Of a stretch of 64,000 nucleotides of DNA, positions 9,044 through 20,273 are shown in pieces (position 1 is the first letter of the stretch; the number at the start of each line of letters is the position of its first letter). A model generated the notes under the pieces. The model saw only the letters and a program-made list of their open reading frames with translations. It was not told where the DNA came from and did not search any database. A program made the translations under genes and the position numbers. This DNA is from Deltaproteobacteria bacterium. Its GTDB lineage: Bacteria > Myxococcota_A > Polyangia > Fen-1088. The stretch spans positions 160,001-224,000 of the forward strand of contig JANRKS010000032.1 of assembly GCA_033763315.1 (NCBI GenBank). Direction: 5' to 3'.

Positions 9044-10378
9044 ATGTCGGTATCTTCGGAATTTAAGAAGTTCGTCCTGCGTGGCAACGTGGTCGATCTG
9101 GCTGTAGGCGTGGTGATCGGCGGTGCGTTCGGCAAAATTGTGGCAGCGTTCGTGGACGATCTCGTCATGCCGATGGTCGCTCCGCTGCTGCCAGGCGGGA
9201 ACTGGCGCGAAGCCACGATCACGCCGCTGAATTTCAAGATCGGCCACTTGTTCGGCACGGTGCTCGACTTCCTGATCGTGGCGGCCGTGATCTTCTTTGT
9301 GTTGGTCAAGTTCGTGGGCTTTATCTCGCGCAGCAAAGAAGCGGAGCCGGCGCCTCCCGCCACCAAGACGTGCGGCGAATGCTTGGAGACGGTGCCGCTG
9401 GCGGCCAAGCGTTGCAAGTTCTGCACGAGCGCCCTGGCGGTGCTGGCGCTTGTGTTGTTTGGCGCGCCTGCGTTCGCGCAGACCACGCCCAAGTTTGAGT
9501 ATGTGAAGCCTGTGATTGAAGCGAAGCCAGCGGCTGAGTGGACGGCGCAGGTGAAGGGCGGTCTGATTTCCGCGGCGGGTAACTCGCAAGCCACCAACTT
9601 CAACTTGGGTGCCGCAGCGTCACGCAAAGCCGGCGACAACAAGTTTGCGCTGGATTTTGCGGGCGCGTACGGTGAGACGAAGAACCGTGCCTTTGTACCC
9701 GCCACAGCGGGTAGCCCCACAACGGTCGATAGCGACGCGGACATCACCCGAACCAAGGTGGTTTCGACAAACAACCTGCTGACAAAAGCCCGTTATGACC
9801 GGTTCTTGACGGAAAACAATGCTGCATACGTGGCGGCTGCTCTTGGCCGCGACAAGATTGCAGGCAAGAAGGTGTTTGGTGGTGGACAGGGTGGCTACAG
9901 TCGCCAGCTATTGAGCAACGAGCAACATTTGGTCGTTGGCGAGTTTGGCTACGACTTCTCGTACGAGTCTTACTACGGCGATGCCGATTCCGTTTCGATT
10001 CATTCAGCGCGAGTATTCGTCGGAGAGACGTGGAAGTTGTCCGACGTCACTGGCATCTACGGAAATGTCGAGGCGCTGTTCAACGTCAACAAAGAAGGAA
10101 GCGCGTTGAATGCGAGCAAGAAGGCCCCCACTGGCGAAGCTGCCACGGGCGTAGGAGCGTTCAAAGACACGCGCGTGAACGCCAAAGCGGGCCTAACGAC
10201 CACGCTGTGGAAGAACCTCAGCTTTGGTTTCGGCTTCACCCTCAAGTACGACCAAAACCCTGCAGCTTTGTCATTGCCGAAGCCCGCCACACCCGACCCT
10301 ATGGCCTTGCCATACACAGCCTTTGCCGAGAAGGTCGACGTCATCACCGAAGCGTCGCTGATCGTCACGCTGCTCTAA
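9044..10378 (+). CDS. mscL: fusion: large-conductance mechanosensitive channel MscL + Zn ribbon + internal signal peptide + DUF481/YdiY-like OM beta-barrel
   Basis: EFKKFVLRGNVVDLAVGVVIGGAFGKIV and DFLIVAAVIFF (MscL); CGECx10RCKFC; ALAVLALVLFGAPAFA|Q; barrel with GNS, RYDRFL, GGYSRQL strands; GGAG SD before ATG 9044. Confidence 0.9.
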   Translation: MSVSSEFKKFVLRGNVVDLAVGVVIGGAFGKIVAAFVDDLVMPMVAPLLPGGNWREATITPLNFKIGHLFGTVLDFLIVAAVIFFVLVKFVGFISRSKEAEPAPPATKTCGECLETVPLAAKRCKFCTSALAVLALVLFGAPAFAQTTPKFEYVKPVIEAKPAAEWTAQVKGGLISAAGNSQATNFNLGAAASRKAGDNKFALDFAGAYGETKNRAFVPATAGSPTTVDSDADITRTKVVSTNNLLTKARYDRFLTENNAAYVAAALGRDKIAGKKVFGGGQGGYSRQLLSNEQHLVVGEFGYDFSYESYYGDADSVSIHSARVFVGETWKLSDVTGIYGNVEALFNVNKEGSALNASKKAPTGEAATGVGAFKDTRVNAKAGLTTTLWKNLSFGFGFTLKYDQNPAALSLPKPATPDPMALPYTAFAEKVDVITEASLIVTLL

Positions 10379-10989
10379 GCGCCGAAACGCCGTCGCAGGT
10401 CGTCCACCAGGCGGATGACCTGCGAACGTGTGCTTTCCAGGCTGCCGCCGTTATCGACCACGTGCGAAGCCACTTTGATTTTCTCTGCCAGCGGCAACTG
10501 CGCCCCCAAGCGTGCCCGCACTTCCACCTCGGATAGAGGCCCCCGCGCCACCGCGCGTTGAACCTGAACGTCCTCGGGAGCCGTGACCACGATCAAAGCG
10601 TCGAAGTCTTTGTGTCGCCCTGTCTCCACCAGCAGCGCCGCCTCATAAACGGCCACCTTGTGACCTTCCGCTTCCAGCGCGCGCACGCGATCCATGGCAC
10701 GGTTTTGAATCTTGGGGTGCGTGATGGCCTGCAGTTTCGCGCGCGCTTCAGGGTCAGCAAACACCAACGCACCCAACGTCAGGCGATCCAATGTGCCATT
10801 GGGCGCCACGGCTTGCGGCCACAGCGCCGCGATCTCGGCCAACGCTGGTTCCCCCGGTGCCACGATGTCGCGCGCGATCTGATCCGCGTCCAGCACCGCG
10901 ATGCCGCAGTCCGCGATCAGCCGTGCCACCGTTGATTTTCCGGAGCCAATGCCACCTGTGAGGCCCACAAGGGCCAGGTTTCCCACCAT
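10375..10989 (-). CDS. coaE: dephospho-CoA kinase
   Basis: VGLTGGIGSGKSTV, DADQIAR, LDR..LG..VF, ITHP, EAALLVE. Confidence 0.95.
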   Translation of the reverse strand: MVGNLALVGLTGGIGSGKSTVARLIADCGIAVLDADQIARDIVAPGEPALAEIAALWPQAVAPNGTLDRLTLGALVFADPEARAKLQAITHPKIQNRAMDRVRALEAEGHKVAVYEAALLVETGRHKDFDALIVVTAPEDVQVQRAVARGPLSEVEVRARLGAQLPLAEKIKVASHVVDNGGSLESTRSQVIRLVDDLRRRFGA

Positions 10990-11038
10990 GGGCCGCGATC
11001 CTATGTCATTGTCCCTGCAAAACGTAAGCACTTGTTCA

Positions 11039-11695
11039 ATGGTTGTTGCTGCTGATGTTCCCCAAGTTCTCTCGGCCACGTTCGTTGCCGAAGCCCGCGT
11101 GCCCGCCGATTTGCGTTCGCTGCCCGCCGTGGCCGGGTTTCAGATTGCCATCGCCGGCCGCTCGAACGTTGGCAAGTCCACGCTGCTGAACCACTTGGCG
11201 TCGCGCCGCGCTTTGGCGCGCACCTCGAAGACGCCTGGCCGCACGCGCGGCTTGATCTTCTACGATTTTTCGCTTCGCCTCAGCGCCGACGGGCTGCCCT
11301 TCGCCTTGCGCGTGGTTGATTTACCCGGTTACGGCTACGCCAAGGTCAACAAAACTGAACGGGAAAGCTGGCGCTCACTTGTTGAGACTTACGTCAACGA
11401 CACGCAAACCCTCAAGCTGTGTTTGGTCTTGGTGGACGCGCGCCGTGGCCCTGAAGAAGAAGAGGGGCAACTGATCGAATGGCTCGATAGCTTAGGCATT
11501 CCCTCGCGGCTTGTGGCGACGAAGATCGATAAACTGACCGCAGGCGAACGTGGTCTTTTGAACAAGACGATCCCAGGCGCCATTGGTGCTTCCGGTTTGA
11601 ACGGTGAGGGCGTGGATCGGGTGTGGAAGGCCGTCATGGCCTCGAAAGTGGCCCCTAAAGTGCGCCCGCCCAAGGTGCGCGACGATTCTGTTTGA
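11039..11695 (+). CDS. engB: ribosome biogenesis GTPase YihA/YsxC
   Basis: GRSNVGKSTLLN, SKTPGRT, DLPGYGYAKV, TKID. Confidence 0.93.
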   Translation: MVVAADVPQVLSATFVAEARVPADLRSLPAVAGFQIAIAGRSNVGKSTLLNHLASRRALARTSKTPGRTRGLIFYDFSLRLSADGLPFALRVVDLPGYGYAKVNKTERESWRSLVETYVNDTQTLKLCLVLVDARRGPEEEEGQLIEWLDSLGIPSRLVATKIDKLTAGERGLLNKTIPGAIGASGLNGEGVDRVWKAVMASKVAPKVRPPKVRDDSV

Positions 11696-11696
11696 G

Positions 11697-12164
11697 ATGA
11701 ACGAGCCCGCGTATTCGATCACACCCATGCGTCCGGCGGACATCGACGACGTGATGCGCGTCGAGATCGCCTGTTTTCCCAACCCTTGGGCACCGAACAC
11801 ATTTTTGCAAGAGCTCGAACGTGCCCAAGCGCACATCGACGTGCTTCGCCGCAACGCCGACGCTCAGGTGGTCGGCTTCATCAACCATTGGGTTGTGTTG
11901 GATGAACTGCATTTGCTGAACGTGGCCATCCATCCTGACGAGCGTCGGCGTGGCCACGCACGCAAGCTGATCCAGCACATGTTGGCGTTTGGCCGGCAGG
12001 CCGCGTGCCGCGTTGTGATGTTGGAGGTGCGGCGCTCGAACGAAGCCGCTCTGGCGCTTTATAGAGAATTTGGCTTCCGTTCCGTGGGTGTGCGCCCTGG
12101 CTACTATTCCGACAACGGCGAAGACGCGATCTTAATGAACCTGGATCTGCCGCCATCGCCTTAG
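11697..12164 (+). CDS. rimI: ribosomal protein S18-alanine N-acetyltransferase
   Basis: DELHLLNVAIHP, RRRGHA, LEVRRSNEAALALY, RPGYY, EDAILM. Confidence 0.92.
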   Translation: MNEPAYSITPMRPADIDDVMRVEIACFPNPWAPNTFLQELERAQAHIDVLRRNADAQVVGFINHWVVLDELHLLNVAIHPDERRRGHARKLIQHMLAFGRQAACRVVMLEVRRSNEAALALYREFGFRSVGVRPGYYSDNGEDAILMNLDLPPSP

Positions 12165-12168
12165 GCCT

Positions 12169-12198
12169 TTGCGGCTGGGGGGGCAGGGCGCGTATATT
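12169..12198 (+). promoter_or_regulatory. putative sigma70 promoter of the two-component operon
   Basis: TTGCGG-18 nt-TATATT, 8 nt before the TTG start at 12207. Confidence 0.45.
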
Positions 12199-12206
12199 GG
12201 CAGCGC

Positions 12207-13829
12207 TTGGGTTGGAAACGCAGCGCGGGCCAAGGGGCTCCCATTTCGATCATTTTGGCCATCGTGTTTCCCGCGATGGTGGGTTCCACTTTGGCGCTGG
12301 CGTACTACGGGTACCTTTACGCCGAAGACGTCTCGCGCCGCATGGAGGCCACGTTTCGCCAAACCGCATGGGCGGAAGCCACAACGCTCATTGAGGCGGT
12401 TGAAACGCAGGTGGATACGGCCGCCAAGGATGTCCTAGACAAGATTGCGTTGCCCGATACAGGCCGCGAAAGTGAAGCCTGCGAGTTAAACTCAGGGCCT
12501 CCCGTGGATGGTTACGTGGTCGTGCGTTTCAACGCCCGCGCCAAACTTGAAATCATCTGCGCGCGCGGTCGCGTGGCGCGCGAGGAGTGGCGGGATTCCT
12601 ACCTTCGCACGCTCGATTTCAGTTCCATTTTGCCCGGCCGCTTTCGCTTCGTTCACCAGCGGTTGGACAGGCAAGAGGTGTTGTTGGCGTTCATGCGCAA
12701 ACAAACCGACGGCGGCAAAGGTTATTTCGTTGTGGCACGTCTGGCCGATCGTTGGGTGCGTGATGTGATCGAAGCTGAGGTCAAGCCGTTATCGGGCAGC
12801 CGCCGCGTTACCGTTTTAGATCAACGTCGTCGCAGCATCGCGGGCGCATCGTTGCCTGAGCCCGCGCCGCGCCGCGAAGAACGTTTTCAAGTGGAACGTT
12901 CGTTCGGCAAGATCCTCTATGCGTGGGATTTGCAGTTGGCGCCGCGCGATGTGGAAACCCTGCGCGCGCAAGCGCAACGCCAAAGCAAGCTCGGCCCCAT
13001 CTTGGTGACGCTGTCGGCGCTGATCATCGGCGTGGGCCTTGTGATTGTGTGGCTGGGCGTTTTGGCCGAACGACGCGCGTCGCGGCTCAAAAGTGATTTC
13101 ATCGCGAACGTGTCGCATGAACTTAAAACGCCGCTGTCTCTCATCCGCATGTTTGGCGAGATGGTGGCCACCGGCCGTCACAAGGGTCCTGACGCCGTCA
13201 AAGAATATGGCGGCATCATCACCCGCGAGTCCGAACGTTTGTCACACCTCATCGACAACGTGCTCGATTTTGCGCGGCTTGAGCGCGGCAAGGCCAGCTA
13301 CCACTTCGAGGAAGGCGATCTGTCTGAGTTGCTCGAGCGCGCCGTAGATCTTTGTCGCTACCGCCTGGACAAAGAAAAACTGCGGCTTGAAACGTACAAC
13401 GAGCCCGATCTGCCACCTGTGCGCATGGACGAGAACGCACTGACGTTGGTGATCTTGAATTTGGTCGACAACGCGATCAAATACGCGGCCGATGCGGGCG
13501 TTGTGCATGTGGGCATCAAGCGAACCCCGGGCGGCGTGCTCTTGTGGGTGCGTGATTTCGGGCCCGGCATTCCCCTGGATGAGCGTGAGCGCATCTTCGA
13601 TCGCTTCTACCGCGCCCGCAACGCGCGTGACCGCAACATCCGTGGCAGCGGCATTGGCCTGTCATTGGTTAAGCACATCGCCGAGGCCCACGGCGGACGC
13701 GTCACCGTCGAAATCCCGCGCGGCGCCGACCGCCCCGGCGTGGGTACGTTTTTTGGTGTACACCTTCCCGCCTCGGCCGTGGAGCGAACAGCCCTGCTCA
13801 CCGCGCCCCCCGCCGATGTCCCCAGCTAA
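12207..13829 (+). CDS. membrane sensor histidine kinase
   Basis: Two TM helices; H-box [13 protein letters not shown]; NLVDNAIKY; DFGPGIP; GSGIGL. Confidence 0.95.
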   Translation: MGWKRSAGQGAPISIILAIVFPAMVGSTLALAYYGYLYAEDVSRRMEATFRQTAWAEATTLIEAVETQVDTAAKDVLDKIALPDTGRESEACELNSGPPVDGYVVVRFNARAKLEIICARGRVAREEWRDSYLRTLDFSSILPGRFRFVHQRLDRQEVLLAFMRKQTDGGKGYFVVARLADRWVRDVIEAEVKPLSGSRRVTVLDQRRRSIAGASLPEPAPRREERFQVERSFGKILYAWDLQLAPRDVETLRAQAQRQSKLGPILVTLSALIIGVGLVIVWLGVLAERRASRLKSDFIANVSHELKTPLSLIRMFGEMVATGRHKGPDAVKEYGGIITRESERLSHLIDNVLDFARLERGKASYHFEEGDLSELLERAVDLCRYRLDKEKLRLETYNEPDLPPVRMDENALTLVILNLVDNAIKYAADAGVVHVGIKRTPGGVLLWVRDFGPGIPLDERERIFDRFYRARNARDRNIRGSGIGLSLVKHIAEAHGGRVTVEIPRGADRPGVGTFFGVHLPASAVERTALLTAPPADVPS

Positions 13830-13843
13830 CGAACAACAGTGCC

Positions 13844-14536
13844 ATGGCCGCCCCCAAGCTTCGCATCCTGATCATTGAAGATGAGCCCGACATCGCACGC
13901 GGCCTCACTGACGCGCTTGAATTCGAAGGGTTCGAGGTGTTCTGCAGCGGCTTGGGGCGCGAAGGCCTCAAAGTTGTGCGCGAGCGCGGCCCCGATCTTG
14001 TGATCTTGGACCTGATGCTTCCTGACATCAATGGCTTCTCTGTGTGCGAACAGATCCGCCAACACAACGCCCTGACACCTGTGATCATGTTGACCGCGCG
14101 CTCGCAAGAAAGTGACAAGATCCGCGGCTTGGAAGTGGGCGCCGACGATTACGTCACGAAACCCTTCTCTGTGGGTGAGCTGGTGGCGCGCATTCACGCC
14201 ATTTTCCGGCGGCTGCACCGCGTGCCTCAAGGTGTTGACGAAATCACCGTGGGCACAGCCTCGGTGAATTTGCGTAAGCACGAGCTTGTGCGGAATAAGA
14301 AGACGCACCAGCTCACTTTTTACGAGGTCGAGATCGTGAAGCTCTTGTCAGAGCGGGGTGGTGAACCCGTGTCACGCGACGAGATCTTGGAAAAGATCTG
14401 GGGCGTCAGTGGCTATGGTGGAAGTCGCTCGGTCGACAATTGTGTGGTCAAGCTGCGCAAGAAGTTGGAAGAAGATCCCGCCAACCCGCGCCACATCGTC
14501 ACCATCTATGGCACGGGATATAAATTGGTTCCCTGA
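13844..14536 (+). CDS. OmpR-family response regulator
   Basis: [25 protein letters not shown], winged helix ending YGTGYKL. Confidence 0.95.
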   Translation: MAAPKLRILIIEDEPDIARGLTDALEFEGFEVFCSGLGREGLKVVRERGPDLVILDLMLPDINGFSVCEQIRQHNALTPVIMLTARSQESDKIRGLEVGADDYVTKPFSVGELVARIHAIFRRLHRVPQGVDEITVGTASVNLRKHELVRNKKTHQLTFYEVEIVKLLSERGGEPVSRDEILEKIWGVSGYGGSRSVDNCVVKLRKKLEEDPANPRHIVTIYGTGYKLVP

Positions 14537-14538
14537 CT

Positions 14539-15078
14539 TCAGCGCGTGTGAAACGCCGTGTTGAAGAACGTGCGCGTGTTCATGCGGTCGATGTAAAGGT
14601 TGCCGTTGAGGTGATCTATCTCGTGCTGCAATATGCGCGCGTACCACCCTTGCGCATCGATGGTGACGGGGGCGCCCGTGTGATCCAAGGCTTTGACCTG
14701 CACCGCTTTGGCGCGTGACACTTCTGCCGCAAACCCGGTGACGCTTAAGCAGCCTTCGACGAACGTGGCGTCCGTCGCATCCACCACCGTCAAGGTGGGG
14801 TTGATGATCACGTGAAAAGGAACAGGCCGCCGATCTTTCTTGGCCACCTCTTCAGGCGGTGCCAGCGCGATGGTTTCGGCGCGATCTTCAATGACGGCCA
14901 CGCGCAGCCCCACGCCCACCTGCGGCGCCGCCAAGCCTACGCCGGGCGCATCCAACATGGTGGCGCGCATCATCTCGATCAGCTGCCCAAACGCAGGCGT
15001 TTTAATGCGCGAGGGATCCACCTCGGCCGCGTTCTCGCGCAAAACTTTTGCGCCCACTTGCACGATCTTCAAAATCAT
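14539..15078 (-). CDS. def: peptide deformylase
   Basis: GVGLAAPQVG, EGCLS, QHEIDHLNG. Confidence 0.96.
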   Translation of the reverse strand: MILKIVQVGAKVLRENAAEVDPSRIKTPAFGQLIEMMRATMLDAPGVGLAAPQVGVGLRVAVIEDRAETIALAPPEEVAKKDRRPVPFHVIINPTLTVVDATDATFVEGCLSVTGFAAEVSRAKAVQVKALDHTGAPVTIDAQGWYARILQHEIDHLNGNLYIDRMNTRTFFNTAFHTR

Positions 15079-15096
15079 TGCATGCCTCTGCCGCCT

Positions 15097-16497
15097 TTAT
15101 ACCAGAGGGCGCCCGGAAGAATCGATCGGCTGCGGTGGCGGGGTGTCGTCCGTTTCGATCGGCCGGTGTACCAAGCCTCCTCCCAACCGCAGACCCATCA
15201 CACGCAACAACAACTTGTGAGGCCGCTCGTTGGGCACATGCACGTGTTCAAGCAACTTCGGCGCCGCCATGGCCACAAGGATGCGCACAACGGTGCTGGC
15301 CAAGAACAGCACCCAATAGCGCCCCGCTGACCATCCCAAAACCAAGCCTCCCACCACGGTGCCTGCGAGCTGGGTAGAGCCTTGCAGCAAGCTCTGCATG
15401 GCAAACACGTGTTGTCGCATCGATGACCGGCTGACGTCCAAATACAACGCCAGTTGCGCGATCTCGTGTCCGCCCCAAGCAAAGCCCGAAAGGCACTGCG
15501 CCACGATCACCCACACCATGCCGTCGGCCCATAACCATGGCAGCGGAATCAACGCCACCAACCCCACCGCCAACAAGAACACGGCGCGCGGGTTGTGCGT
15601 GTCCACCACCTTGCCCCAAGACGACATGCTCGCCACCTTCGTGATCACCACCGCCAAGCTGCCTGCGGTGTATTCAAGGTACGACAAGTGCAAATGCTCC
15701 AGCATGTATGTGCTGAAGTAGGGCGAAGACAGGTACACCGCGAACTGCAGCAACGTGCCCACCAACAGCAGCCTTCGTGCATGCGTGGCCGAGGGTGATG
15801 TGGCAAGCGTGCGAAGGCGCACATGTTTGGTTTCGCTGTCCAACGCCGGCTCCGGCGACAGCGCCAATAGCAATGCTGAGACGGCCCGAGCCAGCGCCGC
15901 TGCGCCGAACGCCACCACAAAGCCCAGGCCGCCAGCGCCTTTTTGAATCTTGCCGGCCGTTTCAGGTTCGATCAGGTGCAGCATGAGGCCCGCGCCCAAC
16001 ATCGTGACCATCGTGCTCACCTGCACGCGGCGGCTGCGTCGCGAAAAATAGCGGCCGCGCCGGGCGGCGGGAACCACCGCGCCCATCCACGATGACCAAG
16101 CCGTGCCCGCCGCTTGCGAACAGGCTTGATGAATGCACACCAAAGTGATGAGCCACGCGGGCGTCAACACGCCGAAGGCGTCACCCAACGCCACCGCGGC
16201 CAAGGACGCGGCCTGCACACTGGCCCCAGCCACCACCAAAGGGCGCCGTTGAGCGCCCCGGTTCGCGAACGCGATCGCCAACACCGGGCCGAGGCCGCCC
16301 ACGAACAGTGGCAGGCTGACCACCAACCCCATCTGCACGCTGCTGGCCCCCAAGCGCACTGCGTCCGCCAAGAAATACGCCTCGCCCGCGCCCACCATCA
16401 CCGCGTAGAACACGGCTTCGAGCAGCGACAAGTGCATCGCCCGTTCCGTGGCTGTGGCTGACAAAGGCACGGGGGCGGCCTGCGCTCGTGTGTTCAT
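15097..16497 (-). CDS. MFS transporter
   Basis: About 12 hydrophobic helices; RRGRYFSRR loop; WGKVVD motif. Confidence 0.85.
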   Translation of the reverse strand: MNTRAQAAPVPLSATATERAMHLSLLEAVFYAVMVGAGEAYFLADAVRLGASSVQMGLVVSLPLFVGGLGPVLAIAFANRGAQRRPLVVAGASVQAASLAAVALGDAFGVLTPAWLITLVCIHQACSQAAGTAWSSWMGAVVPAARRGRYFSRRSRRVQVSTMVTMLGAGLMLHLIEPETAGKIQKGAGGLGFVVAFGAAALARAVSALLLALSPEPALDSETKHVRLRTLATSPSATHARRLLLVGTLLQFAVYLSSPYFSTYMLEHLHLSYLEYTAGSLAVVITKVASMSSWGKVVDTHNPRAVFLLAVGLVALIPLPWLWADGMVWVIVAQCLSGFAWGGHEIAQLALYLDVSRSSMRQHVFAMQSLLQGSTQLAGTVVGGLVLGWSAGRYWVLFLASTVVRILVAMAAPKLLEHVHVPNERPHKLLLRVMGLRLGGGLVHRPIETDDTPPPQPIDSSGRPLV

Positions 16498-16585
16498 GGG
16501 GCAACCGTCATGCTACGGCATGTTTTCATCGGTGGGCGCCAAAAATCCCTAACAGCTCTCGACGAAAACGCATGCCAGATGCAGG

Positions 16586-18727
16586 ATGGCATCTGCGTTG
16601 GTGAAGCCCCGCAGCGAACCGTCCTCGAGTTTACGTTTCCCTCCCGCTTTCGCCGAGGGGATACCCACCGCGCTTGTCCGCACCGCGCCCGGTTTGGTGC
16701 TCGAGTTATTTTTGAAGGTGCTCATCCTCACGTCGCTGGGGGTGCTGCTGGTGGCTTTGTGTTGGGGGCCGCCACGCACCGCCATTTTGGCGGGCGGCCA
16801 CTTGCTTATGGATTTGCTGCTGTTTTACCGGGTTCGCCGCGGCCACACGAAAGGCGCCGCCTTCGGCCTGTGTTTGTCATTGTGGGCGGTCGCCAGCTAC
16901 GCGGCCTGGCAGGGCCACGGCACGCACGACGCGGCGATGGTGGTGCTGGGCGTGCTGATGATGGCCGCGGGCTTATTGCGTGTGCGCTGGCAATCCACGT
17001 CAATCCTTTTGCTCACCCTCGGCGCGGTGTGGGCCATGGGGTGGGCCGAAATGAACGGCCACTCGCGCACTGTGCTGGCGAAGATCACCGGATACGACGA
17101 TGTCTTGATTCTTTCCATCTTGTTCACGGCGACGTGGACGCTGATGCATTTTCTCATTTCGCGCTTGGCCCACAGCGCGGCGCTGGCGCAAGCCAATGAT
17201 CAGAATTATCAAGAGATCTTCGATGCCACCCGCGACGCCCTGTTCGTCCTTCATCCCTCGACGGCCGAGGTGCTGAACGTCAACGCGGCCGTTGGCTGTT
17301 TGATGGGGCAACCCAAGGCGCAGCTGCTGGGTGCGTCGTTCGCCGACGTTGTGAACGTCGCCAAGGAGCAGATGCAGGCGTGGTTGAACGAGTGTGCCGG
17401 CGGCGGCTCGGTGTCACAAGATCGCTTGCTTGATCGCGGCGGTTTACCCTCGGTGTGGATCGAGATCAATTTGCGTGGCACAACGCTTGACGGCCACCCG
17501 CGTGTATTGGCGGTTCTTCACGACGTTCATGCGCGTCACCGGCTTGACGAAGAATTGCGCCAGGCAGACAAGCTGCGCGCGCTCGGCCACTTGGCAGGGG
17601 GCGTGGCGCACGATTTTAACAACCAGCTCACGGGCATCTTGGCGAACGCGGAATTGCTGCGGCTTGAACACCAAAACCATCGCGCCATGAACCCTGCGTT
17701 CGTTGACGCCATCATCAAGTGCGCGATGCGCTCGGCGGATTTAACGAAGCAGCTGTTGGCGTTCGCCCGCAAGGCGCGCCCCCGGCGGGAAGACGTGGAC
17801 GTGGTGGCATTGGTCAAAGACGTGGTGGGAATGCTTCAGCGCGGCTTGGATCCACGCGTGTCTGTGCGGATGGAGTTGCCCGCGGGCGTCCTATCTGTGG
17901 CGGCGGATCCGTCCCTGCTGCACAACGCGCTTTTGAACCTTGGCATCAACGCCAAAGAAGCGATGCCACAAGGCGGAGAGCTGAGGTTCTCGGTGGGCAC
18001 TGTGAGCGTCGATTCCACAACCGCAAGCGTGTTGCAAATTGGCGCGGGCGATTGCCTCCTGATTCAGGTCAAAGACACCGGCACCGGCATGGACGAGGCA
18101 ACCAAAGCCCAGATCTTCGATCCGTTCTTTACAACCAAAGACACGGGCACAGGTATGGGCCTGGCGGCCGCCTACGGAACCGTGCGCAGCCATGGTGGCG
18201 CCTTGTGTGTGCAAAGCGATCCTGGCCAAGGCAGCACGTTCATGATGTATCTGCCCCTGGCGAGCCCCCTGGTGCCAAGCCCTTCAGAGACGTCGTTGCC
18301 GGTGGTGTGGCCGCGGCATGCAAGGTTGACGGTGTGGGTTGTGGACGACGAACCTGACGTGGCCCGCACAACCGAGCACATGCTCAAGGCGCTGGGGCAC
18401 GCCACACGGGGGTTTACGAATGCAGAAGCGGCTTTGGCGGCCTTCGCCGTGGAACACGCCCATGTATCGCTTTTCATTCTGGATCGGGTGATGCCCGAGC
18501 GATCGGGCGACGATTTGCTGACGCTCTTGCGACAGCGCGTGCCGCAGCTGCCGGCCGTGATGGTGTCTGGCTACAGCGAAGATCAGGGCCCGAGCCACGT
18601 TGCCACGTTGAACACTGTGTTCGTGCAAAAGCCGTTTGGGCCCGCTGACCTGGCCATGGCGATCGAGCGCTTGTGCGCCGATCCGCAGGTGGCCGCTCGG
18701 CTGCGCTCTGCGGCGCCCACCGCTTAG
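16586..18727 (+). CDS. hybrid sensor kinase (TM-PAS-HisKA-HATPase-REC)
   Basis: [41 protein letters not shown]-terminal VVDDE receiver. Confidence 0.93.
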   Translation: MASALVKPRSEPSSSLRFPPAFAEGIPTALVRTAPGLVLELFLKVLILTSLGVLLVALCWGPPRTAILAGGHLLMDLLLFYRVRRGHTKGAAFGLCLSLWAVASYAAWQGHGTHDAAMVVLGVLMMAAGLLRVRWQSTSILLLTLGAVWAMGWAEMNGHSRTVLAKITGYDDVLILSILFTATWTLMHFLISRLAHSAALAQANDQNYQEIFDATRDALFVLHPSTAEVLNVNAAVGCLMGQPKAQLLGASFADVVNVAKEQMQAWLNECAGGGSVSQDRLLDRGGLPSVWIEINLRGTTLDGHPRVLAVLHDVHARHRLDEELRQADKLRALGHLAGGVAHDFNNQLTGILANAELLRLEHQNHRAMNPAFVDAIIKCAMRSADLTKQLLAFARKARPRREDVDVVALVKDVVGMLQRGLDPRVSVRMELPAGVLSVAADPSLLHNALLNLGINAKEAMPQGGELRFSVGTVSVDSTTASVLQIGAGDCLLIQVKDTGTGMDEATKAQIFDPFFTTKDTGTGMGLAAAYGTVRSHGGALCVQSDPGQGSTFMMYLPLASPLVPSPSETSLPVVWPRHARLTVWVVDDEPDVARTTEHMLKALGHATRGFTNAEAALAAFAVEHAHVSLFILDRVMPERSGDDLLTLLRQRVPQLPAVMVSGYSEDQGPSHVATLNTVFVQKPFGPADLAMAIERLCADPQVAARLRSAAPTA

Positions 18728-18782
18728 GCCCCGCCAGCCTTGGGTGTCAAAGCCGCGAAGCAATGTGGTAAGAAGCGCGGCC

Positions 18783-20273
18783 ATGACCACCGCTTTCCCC
18801 TCCGCCGTCCGGGTACGCATCGCGCCTTCGCCCACGGGCGATCCCCACGTCGGCACCGCGTACATCGCTTTGTTCAATTACGTGTTCGCCAAGAAACATG
18901 GCGGCCAGTTCATTCTGCGCATCGAGGACACCGACCAAACCCGGTCGCACCCGGAATCTGAGAAGGCCATTTTGCGCGCTTTGCGTTGGGTAGGCCTCGC
19001 CTGGGACGAAGGCCCAGACATCGGCGGCCCTTATGGTCCGTACCGGCAATCCGAGCGCGCGGCGCTTTACCGGCAGGCTGCCGACTCGCTGGTGCAAAAG
19101 GGTACGGCCTACCGCTGCTTCTGCACCGAGGCCCGGCTTGATGAGCTGCGCAAGCAACAAAAGGTGGATGGCGGGCGCCAGGGTTATGATCGTCACTGCC
19201 GTTCGTTGACGTTGCAAGAGGCAACCACGCGGGCCCAGGCCGGTGAGACGTTCGTCGTGCGTTTGAAGATGCCCATCGATGGCGAGTCGGTGGTGAACGA
19301 TTACCTGCGCGGCGAAGTGCGGTTTGAGAACAGCTTGATTGACGATCAGGTGTTGCTCAAATCCGATGGCTTCCCGACCTACCACCTGGCCAATGTCGTC
19401 GATGATCATGAGATGAAGATCACGCACGTCATTCGCGCCGAAGAATGGCTGGTGTCTACGCCAAAACACGAAGCGCTTTACCGTGCGTTTGGCTGGGACA
19501 TCCCCACGTGGGTGCACCTGCCGTTGCTGCGCAACCCCGACAAATCGAAGATTTCAAAACGCAAGAACCCCGTATCGCTGGATTATTACCGCGACGCTGG
19601 CTACTTGCCCGAAGCGCTGCTCAATTACCTGGGCACCATGGGTTGGTCGATCTCAGGCGACCGCGAAAAGTTTGATCTTGCCGAGATGATCTCTGTGTTC
19701 ACCTTTGATCGCGTCAGCTTGGGCGGGCCCGTGTTTGATTTGGTGAAATTGCGCGCGATGAACGCCCTTTATTTGCGCGAGCTCGACGATCAGAGAATCG
19801 TGGAACGGCTGCGCTCGTGGCGCTTCAGTGACGAGTACTTGCAAAGCCTGGTGCCGCTTGTGCGTGAACGCATCGAGTTGCTTTCAGACTTCGTAGGCAA
19901 AACCGACTTCTTCTTTCAAGGCGACGTTGACCACATGGCGATGGCGGCCGATCTGATTCCGAAGAAGCGTACACGTGCGGAGACCGTGGAGCTCATGAAG
20001 GCCATGATCGAATGGCTGGACGTGCAGCGTGATTTTGCGGCGCCCGTGCTCGAAGCCGACGCTAAGGCGTTCGCTGCCAAAGTGGGTTGGGCGCCCAAAG
20101 AGGTTTTCATGCTGTTGCGCGTGGGCGCCACGGCACGCAAAGCCACTCCCCCGTTGTTCGAAACCTTGTCTGTCTTGGGGCGTGATCTCGTGCGGCGTCG
20201 CTTACGCGAATGCCTCGAAGTCATCAAACGTTTGCCAGAGCCCGCAGCGGCGCCGGCGGCCAAGCAACCCTAA
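18783..20273 (+). CDS. gltX: glutamate--tRNA ligase
   Basis: [33 protein letters not shown]. Confidence 0.97.
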   Translation: MTTAFPSAVRVRIAPSPTGDPHVGTAYIALFNYVFAKKHGGQFILRIEDTDQTRSHPESEKAILRALRWVGLAWDEGPDIGGPYGPYRQSERAALYRQAADSLVQKGTAYRCFCTEARLDELRKQQKVDGGRQGYDRHCRSLTLQEATTRAQAGETFVVRLKMPIDGESVVNDYLRGEVRFENSLIDDQVLLKSDGFPTYHLANVVDDHEMKITHVIRAEEWLVSTPKHEALYRAFGWDIPTWVHLPLLRNPDKSKISKRKNPVSLDYYRDAGYLPEALLNYLGTMGWSISGDREKFDLAEMISVFTFDRVSLGGPVFDLVKLRAMNALYLRELDDQRIVERLRSWRFSDEYLQSLVPLVRERIELLSDFVGKTDFFFQGDVDHMAMAADLIPKKRTRAETVELMKAMIEWLDVQRDFAAPVLEADAKAFAAKVGWAPKEVFMLLRVGATARKATPPLFETLSVLGRDLVRRRLRECLEVIKRLPEPAAAPAAKQP

